Assembly (NCBI GenBank): GCA_034005315.1
Contig: JAVEUY010000001.1
Coordinates: 1-39,998, forward strand
DNA length: 39,998 nucleotides
Direction of reading: 5' to 3'
Source: Ignavibacteriaceae bacterium
Lineage (GTDB): Bacteria > Bacteroidota > Ignavibacteria > Ignavibacteriales > Ignavibacteriaceae
The position numbers and the translations under genes were made by a program. Within the stretch, counting starts at the first letter, position 1. Each line of letters opens with the position of its first letter. Below, in pieces: positions 1-9,370 of the stretch. The notes under the pieces are model-generated. The model did no database searches. It was not told the origin of the DNA and worked only from the letters and a program-made list of their open reading frames with translations.

Positions 1-664
1 TAAGAATCAGGATTATCAGTATTCCGGCTGCTGCACCCATCCAGCCTGTGCGTTTATAGGTTGAAAATAAAGCTATCAGCGAAAGTGCAAATCCAATGAA
101 CAGTAATATTTTATTTTTAACCGAAGTCTTTTCATTAACAAAAAAGGCAAATAAAAATATAACTGTAAATGTCAGTATCTCGCTTGCAGTTATAGGATAT
201 TGGAATACAGAAGGACCTGATTCCGTTATGCTGTACAAATTTGAAATATAATAATGAAAAGAGTAATACAGATAGATCATTACAGTTACCAGCGTACCGC
301 CAATATATATTTTAAATACTTTTTTGGCTTCTTTAAAATTACTTATCGAAGCAACCGTTGTATAAATCATAGGAATAAGGAAATATCTTTTCATCAAGCC
401 CTGCAATGCTTCTTCCTTATAGGGAGATAATATCAGAGAAATGAGTTCTGAAAGCATATACCAGATTAAGGGCAATTCAAGTCCGGATTTGCTGAAAGGA
501 TTTTCTTTTGTTAACCAGTACTTTGCAAGCAGTAAAAGTAAAACGCCATAATATCCAATCTGGTTAACAAAAATCGAATTGCTGATACTTAAAAGAAAAA
601 TAATTAAAAATACTACGATCAGTTTGTTTATAATTTTCAGAAGTTGTTCGTTATTTTTAATCAT
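1..664 (-). CDS. O-antigen ligase/polymerase-like (Wzy_C-type) polytopic membrane protein, 5' part only (runs off left edge)
   Basis: Not in the ORF track. Hand translation of the minus strand from ATG at 664-662 gives MIKNNEQLLKIINKLIVVFLIIFLLSISNS...LFSTYKRTGWMGAAAGILIILIL, open to position 1. It has several hydrophobic spans. The final S-x-x-K-R-T-G-W-hydrophobic segment resembles the start of the Wzy_C domain. The ATG overlaps the upstream ABC exporter stop by 8 nt (ATGATTAA). Confidence 0.5.
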   Translation of the reverse strand, partial: MIKNNEQLLKIINKLIVVFLIIFLLSISNSIFVNQIGYYGVLLLLLAKYWLTKENPFSKSGLELPLIWYMLSELISLILSPYKEEALQGLMKRYFLIPMIYTTVASISNFKEAKKVFKIYIGGTLVTVMIYLYYSFHYYISNLYSITESGPSVFQYPITASEILTFTVIFLFAFFVNEKTSVKNKILLFIGFALSLIALFSTYKRTGWMGAAAGILIILIL

Positions 665-2522
665 TATTATCCCTGAACTGCATTTCGTAAAGTTTTCTAT
701 ACAATCCTTTTTCTTCGGCAATCAGTTCTTCATGAGTTCCCCTTTGAATAATTTTTCCTCTGTCAAGAACTAAAATAGTGGATGCATTTCTGATTGTGCT
801 GAGTCTGTGTGCAATAACAAATGTAGTTCTGTTTAGCATAAGCCTTTCAATTGCTTCCTGCACAAGTATTTCGGATTCATTATCAAGTGCAGAAGTTGCT
901 TCATCAAATATCATAATAGAAGGATCTTTTAATAACGCTCTTGCAATCGTAAGCCTTTGTCTCTGTCCGCCAGAAAGTTTAACTCCTCTTTCACCAATAA
1001 TTGTTTTATATCCCAGCGGCATTACTGAAATAAAATTATGTGCATTAGCAGTTTTAGCGGCTTCAATAATTTTTTCTATCGGATAATTACTTAAACCATA
1101 AGCAATATTTTCTGCAACAGTAGTATTAAATAAAAATGTTTCCTGAGTTACAATTCCCATTTTTGCACGAAGTGATTCAACCGTGAGATGCTTAATATTT
1201 ACACCATCAATAGATAAGCTTCCTTCAGTGGGATCATAAAATCTCGGGATAAGATCTGCTAATGTTGATTTACCGCCGCCGCTTGGACCTACGAGCGCAA
1301 TAATTTCTCCGCGATTAACTGTAAAACTGACATTATCCAAAACATTAACTTCTCCATCAGGATATTTAAATGAAACACTATCAAACACTATTTTGTCTTT
1401 AAACTCAGTAAGATCAACAGCATCACGTGCATTTTTAATATGCGGTTCAGTATCAATGATTTCAAAAATTCTGTCTGCTGCAGCACTTGCCTCCTGTATT
1501 CTGTTATTAACAGTTCCAAGTTCTTTAATTGGCGGCATCATCTGAAATATTGCGAAAAGAAATCCGAGAAACTGACTTGCGTTCAGACTTTTATCAACAA
1601 GAACAAGTATTCCGCCATAGTAAATGATAACTACTCCGATTATTATGCTTAGTATCTCAGTAATTGGTGAGGATAAATTTCTGATTCTTACAGCTTTCAG
1701 AACCATCTTAAAATAATTTTTTGTTTCTTTTTTAAATCTTTCATTTTCAAATTCTTCCATACCAAACGCTTTAACAATTTTTACTCCGGAAATTGTTTCC
1801 TGTAAAATGCTTGTAATCTCAGCTATCTTTGTTTGAAGAACAACGGTTAGTTTTCTTAATCTGTTTCCAACCCATGCGATTATCAGGCTGGCAGCAGGAA
1901 CAATAATAAATGCAAATAAAGAAAGCTGCCAGCTTATACTGATCGTAATAGCAAGGAAAACAATTATTGTCAGCGGCTCTTTTATAAGATTTGAAAACGT
2001 TGCAGAGATGCTTGATTGAACAATGTTTACATCATTTGTAAATCTTGAGATCAGATTGCCGACTCTTTCAGATTTAAAATATCCGATTGGCAGTTTATGT
2101 AAATGTTTATAAGCATCATCTCTTAGGTCCTTCATTGATCCGAATTCAACATAAGCCATAAAGTAGCTTTGCATATAAGAAAAGAAATTCTTTAATAAAA
2201 ATGAAACAAGAATAATTGAACATATTTTAATTAATATCGCAATCTTATCACCGGTAAGAATATAAGTATTAAATGTATTAACAATGTTGTCTTTAACTGA
2301 TATTATCCAATCGGGTAAAAAACTGCCTGAAGAAGTTATCGGAGTTGTTTGAGTGATAGTTTGATTTGATGCTGAGTCCTGAAATAATGTATCTAATAAA
2401 GGAATTGTCAGATAAACTGAAATGCCGTTCAGAATTGCAAACAAAATTGTAAACACAAAGGTTAATCCGATATGCTTCCAATAGGGTTTTGTGTAAGATA
2501 ATATTCTATAGTACGAATTCAA
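657..2522 (-). CDS. msbA: ABC transporter permease/ATPase, MsbA-like lipid A/lipid exporter
   Basis: 621 aa. N-terminal 6-TM exporter domain plus NBD with Walker A GPSGGGKST, signature LSGGQRQR, Walker B IMIFDEATSALD and H-loop AHRLST. TTG start at 2522-2520. Neighbour is an O-antigen-ligase-like gene. Substrate assignment is inference. Confidence 0.8.
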   Translation of the reverse strand: MNSYYRILSYTKPYWKHIGLTFVFTILFAILNGISVYLTIPLLDTLFQDSASNQTITQTTPITSSGSFLPDWIISVKDNIVNTFNTYILTGDKIAILIKICSIILVSFLLKNFFSYMQSYFMAYVEFGSMKDLRDDAYKHLHKLPIGYFKSERVGNLISRFTNDVNIVQSSISATFSNLIKEPLTIIVFLAITISISWQLSLFAFIIVPAASLIIAWVGNRLRKLTVVLQTKIAEITSILQETISGVKIVKAFGMEEFENERFKKETKNYFKMVLKAVRIRNLSSPITEILSIIIGVVIIYYGGILVLVDKSLNASQFLGFLFAIFQMMPPIKELGTVNNRIQEASAAADRIFEIIDTEPHIKNARDAVDLTEFKDKIVFDSVSFKYPDGEVNVLDNVSFTVNRGEIIALVGPSGGGKSTLADLIPRFYDPTEGSLSIDGVNIKHLTVESLRAKMGIVTQETFLFNTTVAENIAYGLSNYPIEKIIEAAKTANAHNFISVMPLGYKTIIGERGVKLSGGQRQRLTIARALLKDPSIMIFDEATSALDNESEILVQEAIERLMLNRTTFVIAHRLSTIRNASTILVLDRGKIIQRGTHEELIAEEKGLYRKLYEMQFRDNND

Positions 2523-2534
2523 TTTTGTAATCTC

Positions 2535-3548
2535 TCAGATATTCTGAATACTGCAGCCGCCATTAATCTTTATAGTTTTAAAATCAGTCATTTCGTGCAA
2601 ATTAAAAATCCTGATATGTAAATCTTTTTCTATTCCTGAATCAAATATTAGAAAATCCCCAATGAGTATAAAATGTTTCAGGGGTATGTTGTTAAATATT
2701 CTTTTTATCATTTTTTCTTTTAAATCAATAACTGCAATTAAAGGTATTATCTGATCGATTGTATCTTTATTTTCTTTATCATCTGTCAGAAGTAATATTA
2801 AATTTCTTTTGTTTTCAGCCCAGGCAGTCTGCATTACTTTTTTATTATAGAAAGAAGTTTTTATTTCTTTCCGAGATAAGTTTTGCAGTATCGTTAGCGA
2901 ATCATTTTCCTCAGTAATTGTAAACATTTCGTTTGGAGATACAAACTGAGGTTCGGGCATTTTTGTGATTGGATAACCATCTTTTGTAAGATCAAAGATT
3001 TCTGTTTTATCAGAGAGAAGTTTACCGAACCTGTTATACAACTGAGTATTCTTGTTCACATAAGATGCAATTACTTTATCGATAGAATTTATTATTAAAG
3101 TAAAGCGATCTCCATCAAGCCAATATGCAATTATCTGTATTCCATCTTCAAGCTGAGTTATAAACTCTGCTTTTTTCAGTTCAAAATTAATTCTGTAAAG
3201 CCTTCCTCTTTCAATTGCAGGCTGAGATGATTTTAATCTTTGTTTTCGCTTTGTTATAAAAAATGCTGAGGTCTGATCGGGTGAAGTAAGTAAATTTATC
3301 ACACGTTCTTCTTTCGAATGCCAGAACATTTTAACTTCATCACTTTTTCTGTTATACCTGTAAATGGAAGGTTTGCCGGAATAATTACCAACAAAATAGA
3401 ATCCCTTAAATTCTGTAAGTGCTGCTTCTCTGATTTGTTTATCTAATGTTTGTTCAACACCTGAGCTTTTACCTTTATCGCTGCAGCTAAGTAATAATAA
3501 CGCAATAATAAACACAAAAATATTTTTAATATATCTTCGCTTAAACAC
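2535..3548 (-). CDS. Hypothetical lipoprotein (unknown function)
   Basis: 337 aa. N-terminus MFKRRYIKNIFVFIIALLLLSCSD has a signal peptide plus lipobox (LLSC). GTG start overlaps the xerD stop by 1 nt (TAGTG). No recognisable catalytic motif. Confidence 0.6.
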   Translation of the reverse strand: MFKRRYIKNIFVFIIALLLLSCSDKGKSSGVEQTLDKQIREAALTEFKGFYFVGNYSGKPSIYRYNRKSDEVKMFWHSKEERVINLLTSPDQTSAFFITKRKQRLKSSQPAIERGRLYRINFELKKAEFITQLEDGIQIIAYWLDGDRFTLIINSIDKVIASYVNKNTQLYNRFGKLLSDKTEIFDLTKDGYPITKMPEPQFVSPNEMFTITEENDSLTILQNLSRKEIKTSFYNKKVMQTAWAENKRNLILLLTDDKENKDTIDQIIPLIAVIDLKEKMIKRIFNNIPLKHFILIGDFLIFDSGIEKDLHIRIFNLHEMTDFKTIKINGGCSIQNI

Positions 3549-4438
3549 TATCCTCTCGGGTGATATTGTTTATGAATTTGTTTTATGTAATCTCTGTCAA
3601 TATGTGTGTATATCTGAGTAGTGGATATATCTGCATGCCCAAGCATTTCCTGAACAGCGCGTAAATCTGCGCCGCCTTCTAATAAATGTGTTGCAAATGA
3701 ATGTCTGAATGTATGAGGATGAACATCTTTTTTTATATCTGCTTCTTTAACATAACGGTCGATTATTTTCCAGATACCCATTCTGGAAAGTTTTGTGCTT
3801 CTTGAATTTAAAAAGAGATAATTTTCGCTTTTCATTTTTTTCATCAGCAATGGTCTGCTTTTGGATAAATATTCTTTTACCCATTTAATAGCGCTTGATC
3901 CGATCGGGATAAGTCTTTCTTTTGAACCTTTACCTAAAACTCTTATTACCTCATCATTAAGAAAAAGATCATTTACTTTTAAATTTATTAACTCAGAAAC
4001 TCTTGTTCCGCATGCATAAAACAATTCCAAAATAGCTTTATCACGTAAACCAAGTTTATCGTTTACATCAGGCAGTGAAAGTATCTTTTCAATTTCCGGA
4101 ACATCCAGAACTCCAGGAAGTTTTTTAGAGATTTTTGGTGCAGATAATTTATCAGCGGGATTTTTAACAATGTATTTATTCTGTATAAGATAAAGGAAAA
4201 AACCTTTTAAAGATGAGAAATATCTTGCAGCAGATGAGCCTACTAATCCAAGTTCATTTAACAGTTTAAAGAAACCGTTCAAATGCTCTGATGTTATATC
4301 GCCGGGATCATCTAAGCCCTGATTGTTAAGAAAATTATTAAAAGCCGCAAGATCATTTTTATAAGAGTTAACAGTATTATCAGACAGATTTTTTTCTAAT
4401 TTAAGATAGGCAAGATATTCTTTAATAAAAGTTTCCAT
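3548..4438 (-). CDS. xerD: Site-specific tyrosine recombinase XerD
   Basis: LEKNLSDNTVNSYKNDL N-terminal core-binding motif. Catalytic region HTFRHSFATHLLEGGADLRAVQEMLGHADISTTQIYTH. C-terminus KQYHPRG resembles E. coli XerD (QQHHPRA). The track ORF starts at TTG 4441; the ATG at 4438-4436 is preferred and overlaps the upstream stop by 1 nt (TGATG). Confidence 0.85.
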   Translation of the reverse strand: METFIKEYLAYLKLEKNLSDNTVNSYKNDLAAFNNFLNNQGLDDPGDITSEHLNGFFKLLNELGLVGSSAARYFSSLKGFFLYLIQNKYIVKNPADKLSAPKISKKLPGVLDVPEIEKILSLPDVNDKLGLRDKAILELFYACGTRVSELINLKVNDLFLNDEVIRVLGKGSKERLIPIGSSAIKWVKEYLSKSRPLLMKKMKSENYLFLNSRSTKLSRMGIWKIIDRYVKEADIKKDVHPHTFRHSFATHLLEGGADLRAVQEMLGHADISTTQIYTHIDRDYIKQIHKQYHPRG

Positions 4439-6636
4439 CAATTATCTTTATCACTATCTATTCCTTTTTCAACTTCTTCCTGTTTAGGATATTTAATTCT
4501 TTTATGATGCTGACTTAGCAGAATAGACAAAAAAGCCTCTTTCATTTTTGTAATATCTCTGAAAGTTATCGGCGCTTCATCCAATTGTCCTTCTTTTAAT
4601 CTTGAGTTAAAAATATTGTTAATTATATTTTCAACCTTCTGTGCATCAGGTTCAACAATTGATCTTACCGCAGATTCACAACCATCGGCAAGCATTACAA
4701 TTGCAGTTTCTTTTGAGTTTGGTTTTGGTCCCGGATATCTATAATCATTTATATCAACTTTATCTTCGCCATAAAGTTTTTTAGCTTTTTCATAAAAGAA
4801 ATTACTTACAGTAGTACCGTGATGCATCGGAATAAAATCAATAAGCACATCAGGAAGTTTATTTTGTTTAGCCAGTTCAATACCTTCATTAACATGTCTT
4901 ATTATCATTGCCGCACTTTCTTCGGGCGGAAGATTTTCGTGAACATTCTGATTATTCAATTGGTTTTCCACAAAACCCTGCGGCGATATAGTTTTTCCGA
5001 TATCATGATAATATGCACCAACTCTTGCCAGCAATGCATTTGCATTAATTTGCTCTGCGGCTGCTTCAGCAATTGTTCCCATTGTCATAGAATGATTAAA
5101 AGTTCCAGGTGCTTTTCTTGCCAATTCCCGTAGTAATGGTCTGTCAAAATTGGAATATTCTACCAGCGTTATATCAGTTGTTATGTTAAATAATCTTTCA
5201 AAGAATATCAGTAAACCATAAGTTAAAACCGGGCTTACCAAAGCATTTGAAGCTGCAAAAGCTAATTCTACAAGCATCGTATCAAACGGTGCAAATCGTT
5301 CTAATCCAAATGCAATAATTGATGCACTATAGCCGATAAGAATAAAAAGGAAAGAGCGGAATATTTGTGTCCTGTTTTTTATATCTCTTACAGTATAAAC
5401 CGACAAGCCGCCGGCAATAAAATTCATTGCCATAAATGTATAATCGTTGCCGCGTAAAGCGCCGACAATAAGAGAGAGAATTACGGTAAGATAAAAACCA
5501 ACACGGGAATCAAAAACAATAGTAAAGATCATAGATGCGGCAGGAACAAATATCAGGTACTGTATCGGAGCTTTAACAGTGATATGATTAATTAAATAAG
5601 TAACAAATGAAATAAAAACTATAATTATTGATATTAATACAATCTTTGTGTTGTCATAAAATATTTTCTTTCTGAACAGGAACAGATAAATTGTCAGAAT
5701 TGTAATAAAAAATGATATGTGTAAAAACTTACCGATAAGCTGCAGAAATATTTTTTCCTGTCCAATGGTTTCGCCTTTTGCTTCTTTGTATGATTCAATT
5801 TTCAGCTTTGCCTGTGGAGTTATCCTGTCGTGTTTGGCTATAATTCTTTCATTCTCATTTATAATCCCTGCATATTTTGAAACATTATCTCTTGCCTGTT
5901 CAGTTTCAATCTTTGTTGCTTCTTCATTATAAATAAGGTTAGGTTTTATAAAATGAAAAGTAAATTCAATTAATGCTTCGGTAATTTCAGGTGAGTATTT
6001 CAATTCTCTTATTTTGTTTATTGTTTCATTTTTTGCCTGATCATAAAAATAAAATTTATTTATCGGTTCAATCCTGTCAATATTTCCTACTCTTACAGCT
6101 ATACTATCTCTGAACTTAACTTTGCTGTCAATACTTAATATTCCTTTTTTGCTTACAGCACTAGCAATCAGATCTGTCTGATTAAACATTTTTTCCAGAT
6201 TATTAGCTGCTGAATGCGGTGCGCTTTTCTGAGTTTTCCTGAGATTTAGTAATTGTATAAAAGCATTCGTACTAAGAAATGTAGGATTAAGAAAAGACTG
6301 CTGATCTTTGTTTAAATTATCATCGATTACACCGATAATATATGCAGCAAATATTCTTAATGAATCACTTATCTTTTCGGCATTGTTATTAAAAACAGGA
6401 TATATTGATTTCTCTGCAATTGCTACCTCATTTAAATATTCCTGTTTATCTTTAATTATAGGAAAACTAAACGGTGCAATAAGATCTTCATTTGTCCAGA
6501 TTGCACCTTCGCTTACCTCAAACTCGATTGATTCACCTTTGGGAAACATCATCACAATCAGGATAACTGTAATAAGCCCGATTATAAGTTTTCGTTTTAA
6601 ACCAGTTTGTTTACCAGCTTCGTTTGTATTGCTCAT
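4438..6636 (-). CDS. 7TM receptor with intracellular HD/HDIG phosphohydrolase domain (PgpH/YqfF-like, possible c-di-AMP phosphodiesterase)
   Basis: 732 aa. N-terminal TM helix plus extracytoplasmic domain, a block of about 7 TM helices, and a C-terminal HD domain with YYHDIGK and MHHGT motifs. Confidence 0.8.
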   Translation of the reverse strand: MSNTNEAGKQTGLKRKLIIGLITVILIVMMFPKGESIEFEVSEGAIWTNEDLIAPFSFPIIKDKQEYLNEVAIAEKSIYPVFNNNAEKISDSLRIFAAYIIGVIDDNLNKDQQSFLNPTFLSTNAFIQLLNLRKTQKSAPHSAANNLEKMFNQTDLIASAVSKKGILSIDSKVKFRDSIAVRVGNIDRIEPINKFYFYDQAKNETINKIRELKYSPEITEALIEFTFHFIKPNLIYNEEATKIETEQARDNVSKYAGIINENERIIAKHDRITPQAKLKIESYKEAKGETIGQEKIFLQLIGKFLHISFFITILTIYLFLFRKKIFYDNTKIVLISIIIVFISFVTYLINHITVKAPIQYLIFVPAASMIFTIVFDSRVGFYLTVILSLIVGALRGNDYTFMAMNFIAGGLSVYTVRDIKNRTQIFRSFLFILIGYSASIIAFGLERFAPFDTMLVELAFAASNALVSPVLTYGLLIFFERLFNITTDITLVEYSNFDRPLLRELARKAPGTFNHSMTMGTIAEAAAEQINANALLARVGAYYHDIGKTISPQGFVENQLNNQNVHENLPPEESAAMIIRHVNEGIELAKQNKLPDVLIDFIPMHHGTTVSNFFYEKAKKLYGEDKVDINDYRYPGPKPNSKETAIVMLADGCESAVRSIVEPDAQKVENIINNIFNSRLKEGQLDEAPITFRDITKMKEAFLSILLSQHHKRIKYPKQEEVEKGIDSDKDN

Positions 6637-6639
6637 ATA

Positions 6640-7488
6640 CTAAGACATTTTTGCTTTTAATAATTCTTTCAGAAATTCTGCAGCCGCTTCGTGGTTATTT
6701 GATTTTTTCAGAACTAAATCAGCTTTTCTCTTAAGTTCAGAAATTGCATTGGCAGGTGCAATTTTTACAGCTTTACTTTCAAACATACTGATATCATTGT
6801 ACCAGTCGCCCATCACTGCTGTTTTTTCTTCCTGTATTTTTAAATATTTCAATAAACGTTTCATAGCCTTACCCTTAGACGATCCTGATCTTCTTACCTC
6901 AAGATAATAAATACTTTCATGAGTTTGTGATCTGAAAAATGAAATAGAAGTGCCGAAGGATAAAGGGAAAATAAATTTATCTCTTATATATTCAACAGCC
7001 GGTCTATTATCTCCGGCAAAAACAAGTTCAAGAGTTTTATCAGTAAAATACTCGTAAGATTCTACTTCTTCATAAGGAGCTCCGAATTTATCCATCAATT
7101 TAGGAATAACAGAATTCTGCTCGGTATAGTAGATAACTTCATTATGGCAAAGAGCAATTTGTACCATATACTTTTCAGAAAGTTCTATCGCCTTTTTTAC
7201 GTGCCTTTCTTTTAAATAGGATCTATAAACAAATTTTTTACTGGAAATACTTTTTATTACCGTTCCGTCAAGCGAAATTAACGGTGAATACAGTTTTAAC
7301 TCTTCAGCAAGCGGAATGAGGGCGGAGTGGAGTCTGCCGGAGGCAAATGAAAATTTTACGTTAAATTTTTTAAGTTCCATTATTATTTTCTTTGTTTGTT
7401 CTCCAAGCTCACCTGAATCATTAACTAATGTTCCGTCCACATCAAAAAGAACAAGCTCTATATTTTTTAATTTATTCAGATCAAACAT
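6640..7488 (-). CDS. Cof-type HAD-IIB family phosphatase
   Basis: HAD motif I LVLFDVDGTL, motif FASGR, and C-terminal GDWYNDISMF (motif IV). The track ORF begins at TTG 7515 inside the upstream symporter. The ATG at 7488 (MFDLNKLK...) lies 1 nt after that gene's stop and is preferred. Confidence 0.8.
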   Translation of the reverse strand: MFDLNKLKNIELVLFDVDGTLVNDSGELGEQTKKIIMELKKFNVKFSFASGRLHSALIPLAEELKLYSPLISLDGTVIKSISSKKFVYRSYLKERHVKKAIELSEKYMVQIALCHNEVIYYTEQNSVIPKLMDKFGAPYEEVESYEYFTDKTLELVFAGDNRPAVEYIRDKFIFPLSFGTSISFFRSQTHESIYYLEVRRSGSSKGKAMKRLLKYLKIQEEKTAVMGDWYNDISMFESKAVKIAPANAISELKRKADLVLKKSNNHEAAAEFLKELLKAKMS

Positions 7489-7489
7489 T

Positions 7490-9238
7490 TTATTCAGCAA
7501 TTTTTTTCCAGCCAATTCCGGAGATGTTGTAGTAAAGGATTACTATAGATAACGCAGCAATAAAAATATAAATAAAAAATCCGGTATAATCGCTTAATAG
7601 TAATTTCCCTGTTCCAAATAAAATCGAATAGACTAAAATAACTCCAATAATCCAGTTAATAAACAGTTTAAAAAATCCTGAATCACTTTCAACTTCAGGA
7701 AGTTGAGAAGAAACTTTCTTCCACATCAGTCCGCCCGGGTGAATTTTACGATAAAATGATTTAAGAACTTTATCATCTGTCGGCTTTGTAAGAAATGTAA
7801 CTGTTAACCATACAATTGTTGTTGCGGGAACTATAATAAATAAACTATAAGGAAATTCAATCCCAATTTTGTTTATAACCGGAAGAATAATAAAAGGAGT
7901 TATCATAGCAGAAATTTCTGACCATGCATTTATTCTCCACCAGAACCATCTTAGTATCAGCACTAATCCAACACCTGCGCCGCATTCAATTATAAATGCC
8001 CAGGCTCCTGATATTTTATTAATGAAAAGTGTAACAACTAAAGAAACCAGCATCAATATTATTGTAACAATTCTTGAACTTAAAACATAAAACGATTCCT
8101 GCCTGTCTCTTACTAAAAATCTTTTATAAAAATCATTAACTATGTAGGAAGTTCCCCAGTTTAATTGTGTAGCAATAGTACTCATGTAAGCGGCAAAAAA
8201 AGCAGCAACAAGTAATCCTTTTAAACCAACAGGAAGGAAATCTCTCATAGCATAGATATAACCCATTGCTTTTTCCGATTCTGCTAATTCAGGATACAGC
8301 ACTAATGATGCTAATCCAACAATAATCCAGGGCCAGGGTCTTATTGTATAATGTGCAATCTGAAAAAATAAAGTAGCAAAAAACGAGTGTTTTTCATTCT
8401 TGGCAGACATCATTCTTTGAGCTACATATCCGCCTCCGCCGGGTTCTGCCCCGGGATACCACGAAGCCCACCAGATTATTCCGATATAAGCAAGAAAAGA
8501 AAAAGTTGTCATAGCAAGAGTTCCCGCTGCCGTTGAAACATCAGAGATTGTTGGGAAAAAGTTGAAGACATAATCAGGAAGTTTTTCCTGTAATCCAGCC
8601 ATACCTCCGACCTGTGGAGAATTAACAACAAGAATTGCAAGAACAATACATCCTGTTATTGCAATAAAAAACTGAAATGCATCTGTAACAACAACTCCCC
8701 ACAAACCGGAAATTGCCGAATAGATAGCAACCAAAATCATTGCTCCAAATACATATAGCAAAACGATTGATTCATCAATTCCAAATAATCCTTCCAGAAT
8801 TGAAACCATTGCTTTGTTTACCCATCCGATTATAATTACATTCATAAACAGACCAAGATACAAAGCTCTGAATCCTCTTAAAAACCTTGCTGGTTTACCT
8901 GAGTATCGTATCTCAGCAAACTCAGCTTCCGTCATTATTCCGGCACGTCTCCAAAGTCTGGCAAAGAAAAAGACTGTAAGCATTCCGCCAAAAGCAAAAT
9001 TCCACCATAACCAGTTACCCGAAATACCATTTTTAGCAACAAGTTCAGTTACTGCAAGAGGTGTATCAGCAGCAAAAGTTGTAGCGACCATTGATAATCC
9101 GGCTAAATACCAGGGTAAATTTCTTCCGGAAAGAAAAAAATCATCGGTGCTTTTGCCTGCTTTTTTATAATAGACTAAAGCAATAATTATAGAAAATATG
9201 AAGTAGGCAATAACGATTAAGTAATCCAAGAGTTCCAT
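7490..9238 (-). CDS. Sodium:solute symporter family (SSF) transporter, long form
   Basis: 582 aa, polytopic (about 13-14 TM helices). SSF-like N-terminus FFLSGRNLPWYLAGLSMVATTFAADTPL. Substrate unknown. Confidence 0.8.
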   Translation of the reverse strand: MELLDYLIVIAYFIFSIIIALVYYKKAGKSTDDFFLSGRNLPWYLAGLSMVATTFAADTPLAVTELVAKNGISGNWLWWNFAFGGMLTVFFFARLWRRAGIMTEAEFAEIRYSGKPARFLRGFRALYLGLFMNVIIIGWVNKAMVSILEGLFGIDESIVLLYVFGAMILVAIYSAISGLWGVVVTDAFQFFIAITGCIVLAILVVNSPQVGGMAGLQEKLPDYVFNFFPTISDVSTAAGTLAMTTFSFLAYIGIIWWASWYPGAEPGGGGYVAQRMMSAKNEKHSFFATLFFQIAHYTIRPWPWIIVGLASLVLYPELAESEKAMGYIYAMRDFLPVGLKGLLVAAFFAAYMSTIATQLNWGTSYIVNDFYKRFLVRDRQESFYVLSSRIVTIILMLVSLVVTLFINKISGAWAFIIECGAGVGLVLILRWFWWRINAWSEISAMITPFIILPVINKIGIEFPYSLFIIVPATTIVWLTVTFLTKPTDDKVLKSFYRKIHPGGLMWKKVSSQLPEVESDSGFFKLFINWIIGVILVYSILFGTGKLLLSDYTGFFIYIFIAALSIVILYYNISGIGWKKIAE

Positions 9239-9370
9239 TTTTACCTTTTGATATGTTTTCTGTTAACTGCCGATTGAAATTGTTTTTTTATTTATATAAT
9301 ATTTTCAAAGCAAATCGGACACTTAATATTAACAATACTAACTCTGTTTTTTTAATGCAGTTAAAAAAAG

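Noticed and set aside
3548-4438. The tyrosine recombinase as a marker of an integrated mobile element or integron.
   Set aside because: Its sequence matches housekeeping XerD end to end (including the C-terminal HPRG). There are no flanking att-like repeats, tRNA or cargo genes.
9320-9352. A hairpin after the 481-aa symporter (CTTTTTTTAA-CTGC-ATTAAAAAAA region) as a terminator.
   Set aside because: The stem is A/T only and would be very weak. It could arise by chance in this AT-rich spacer.
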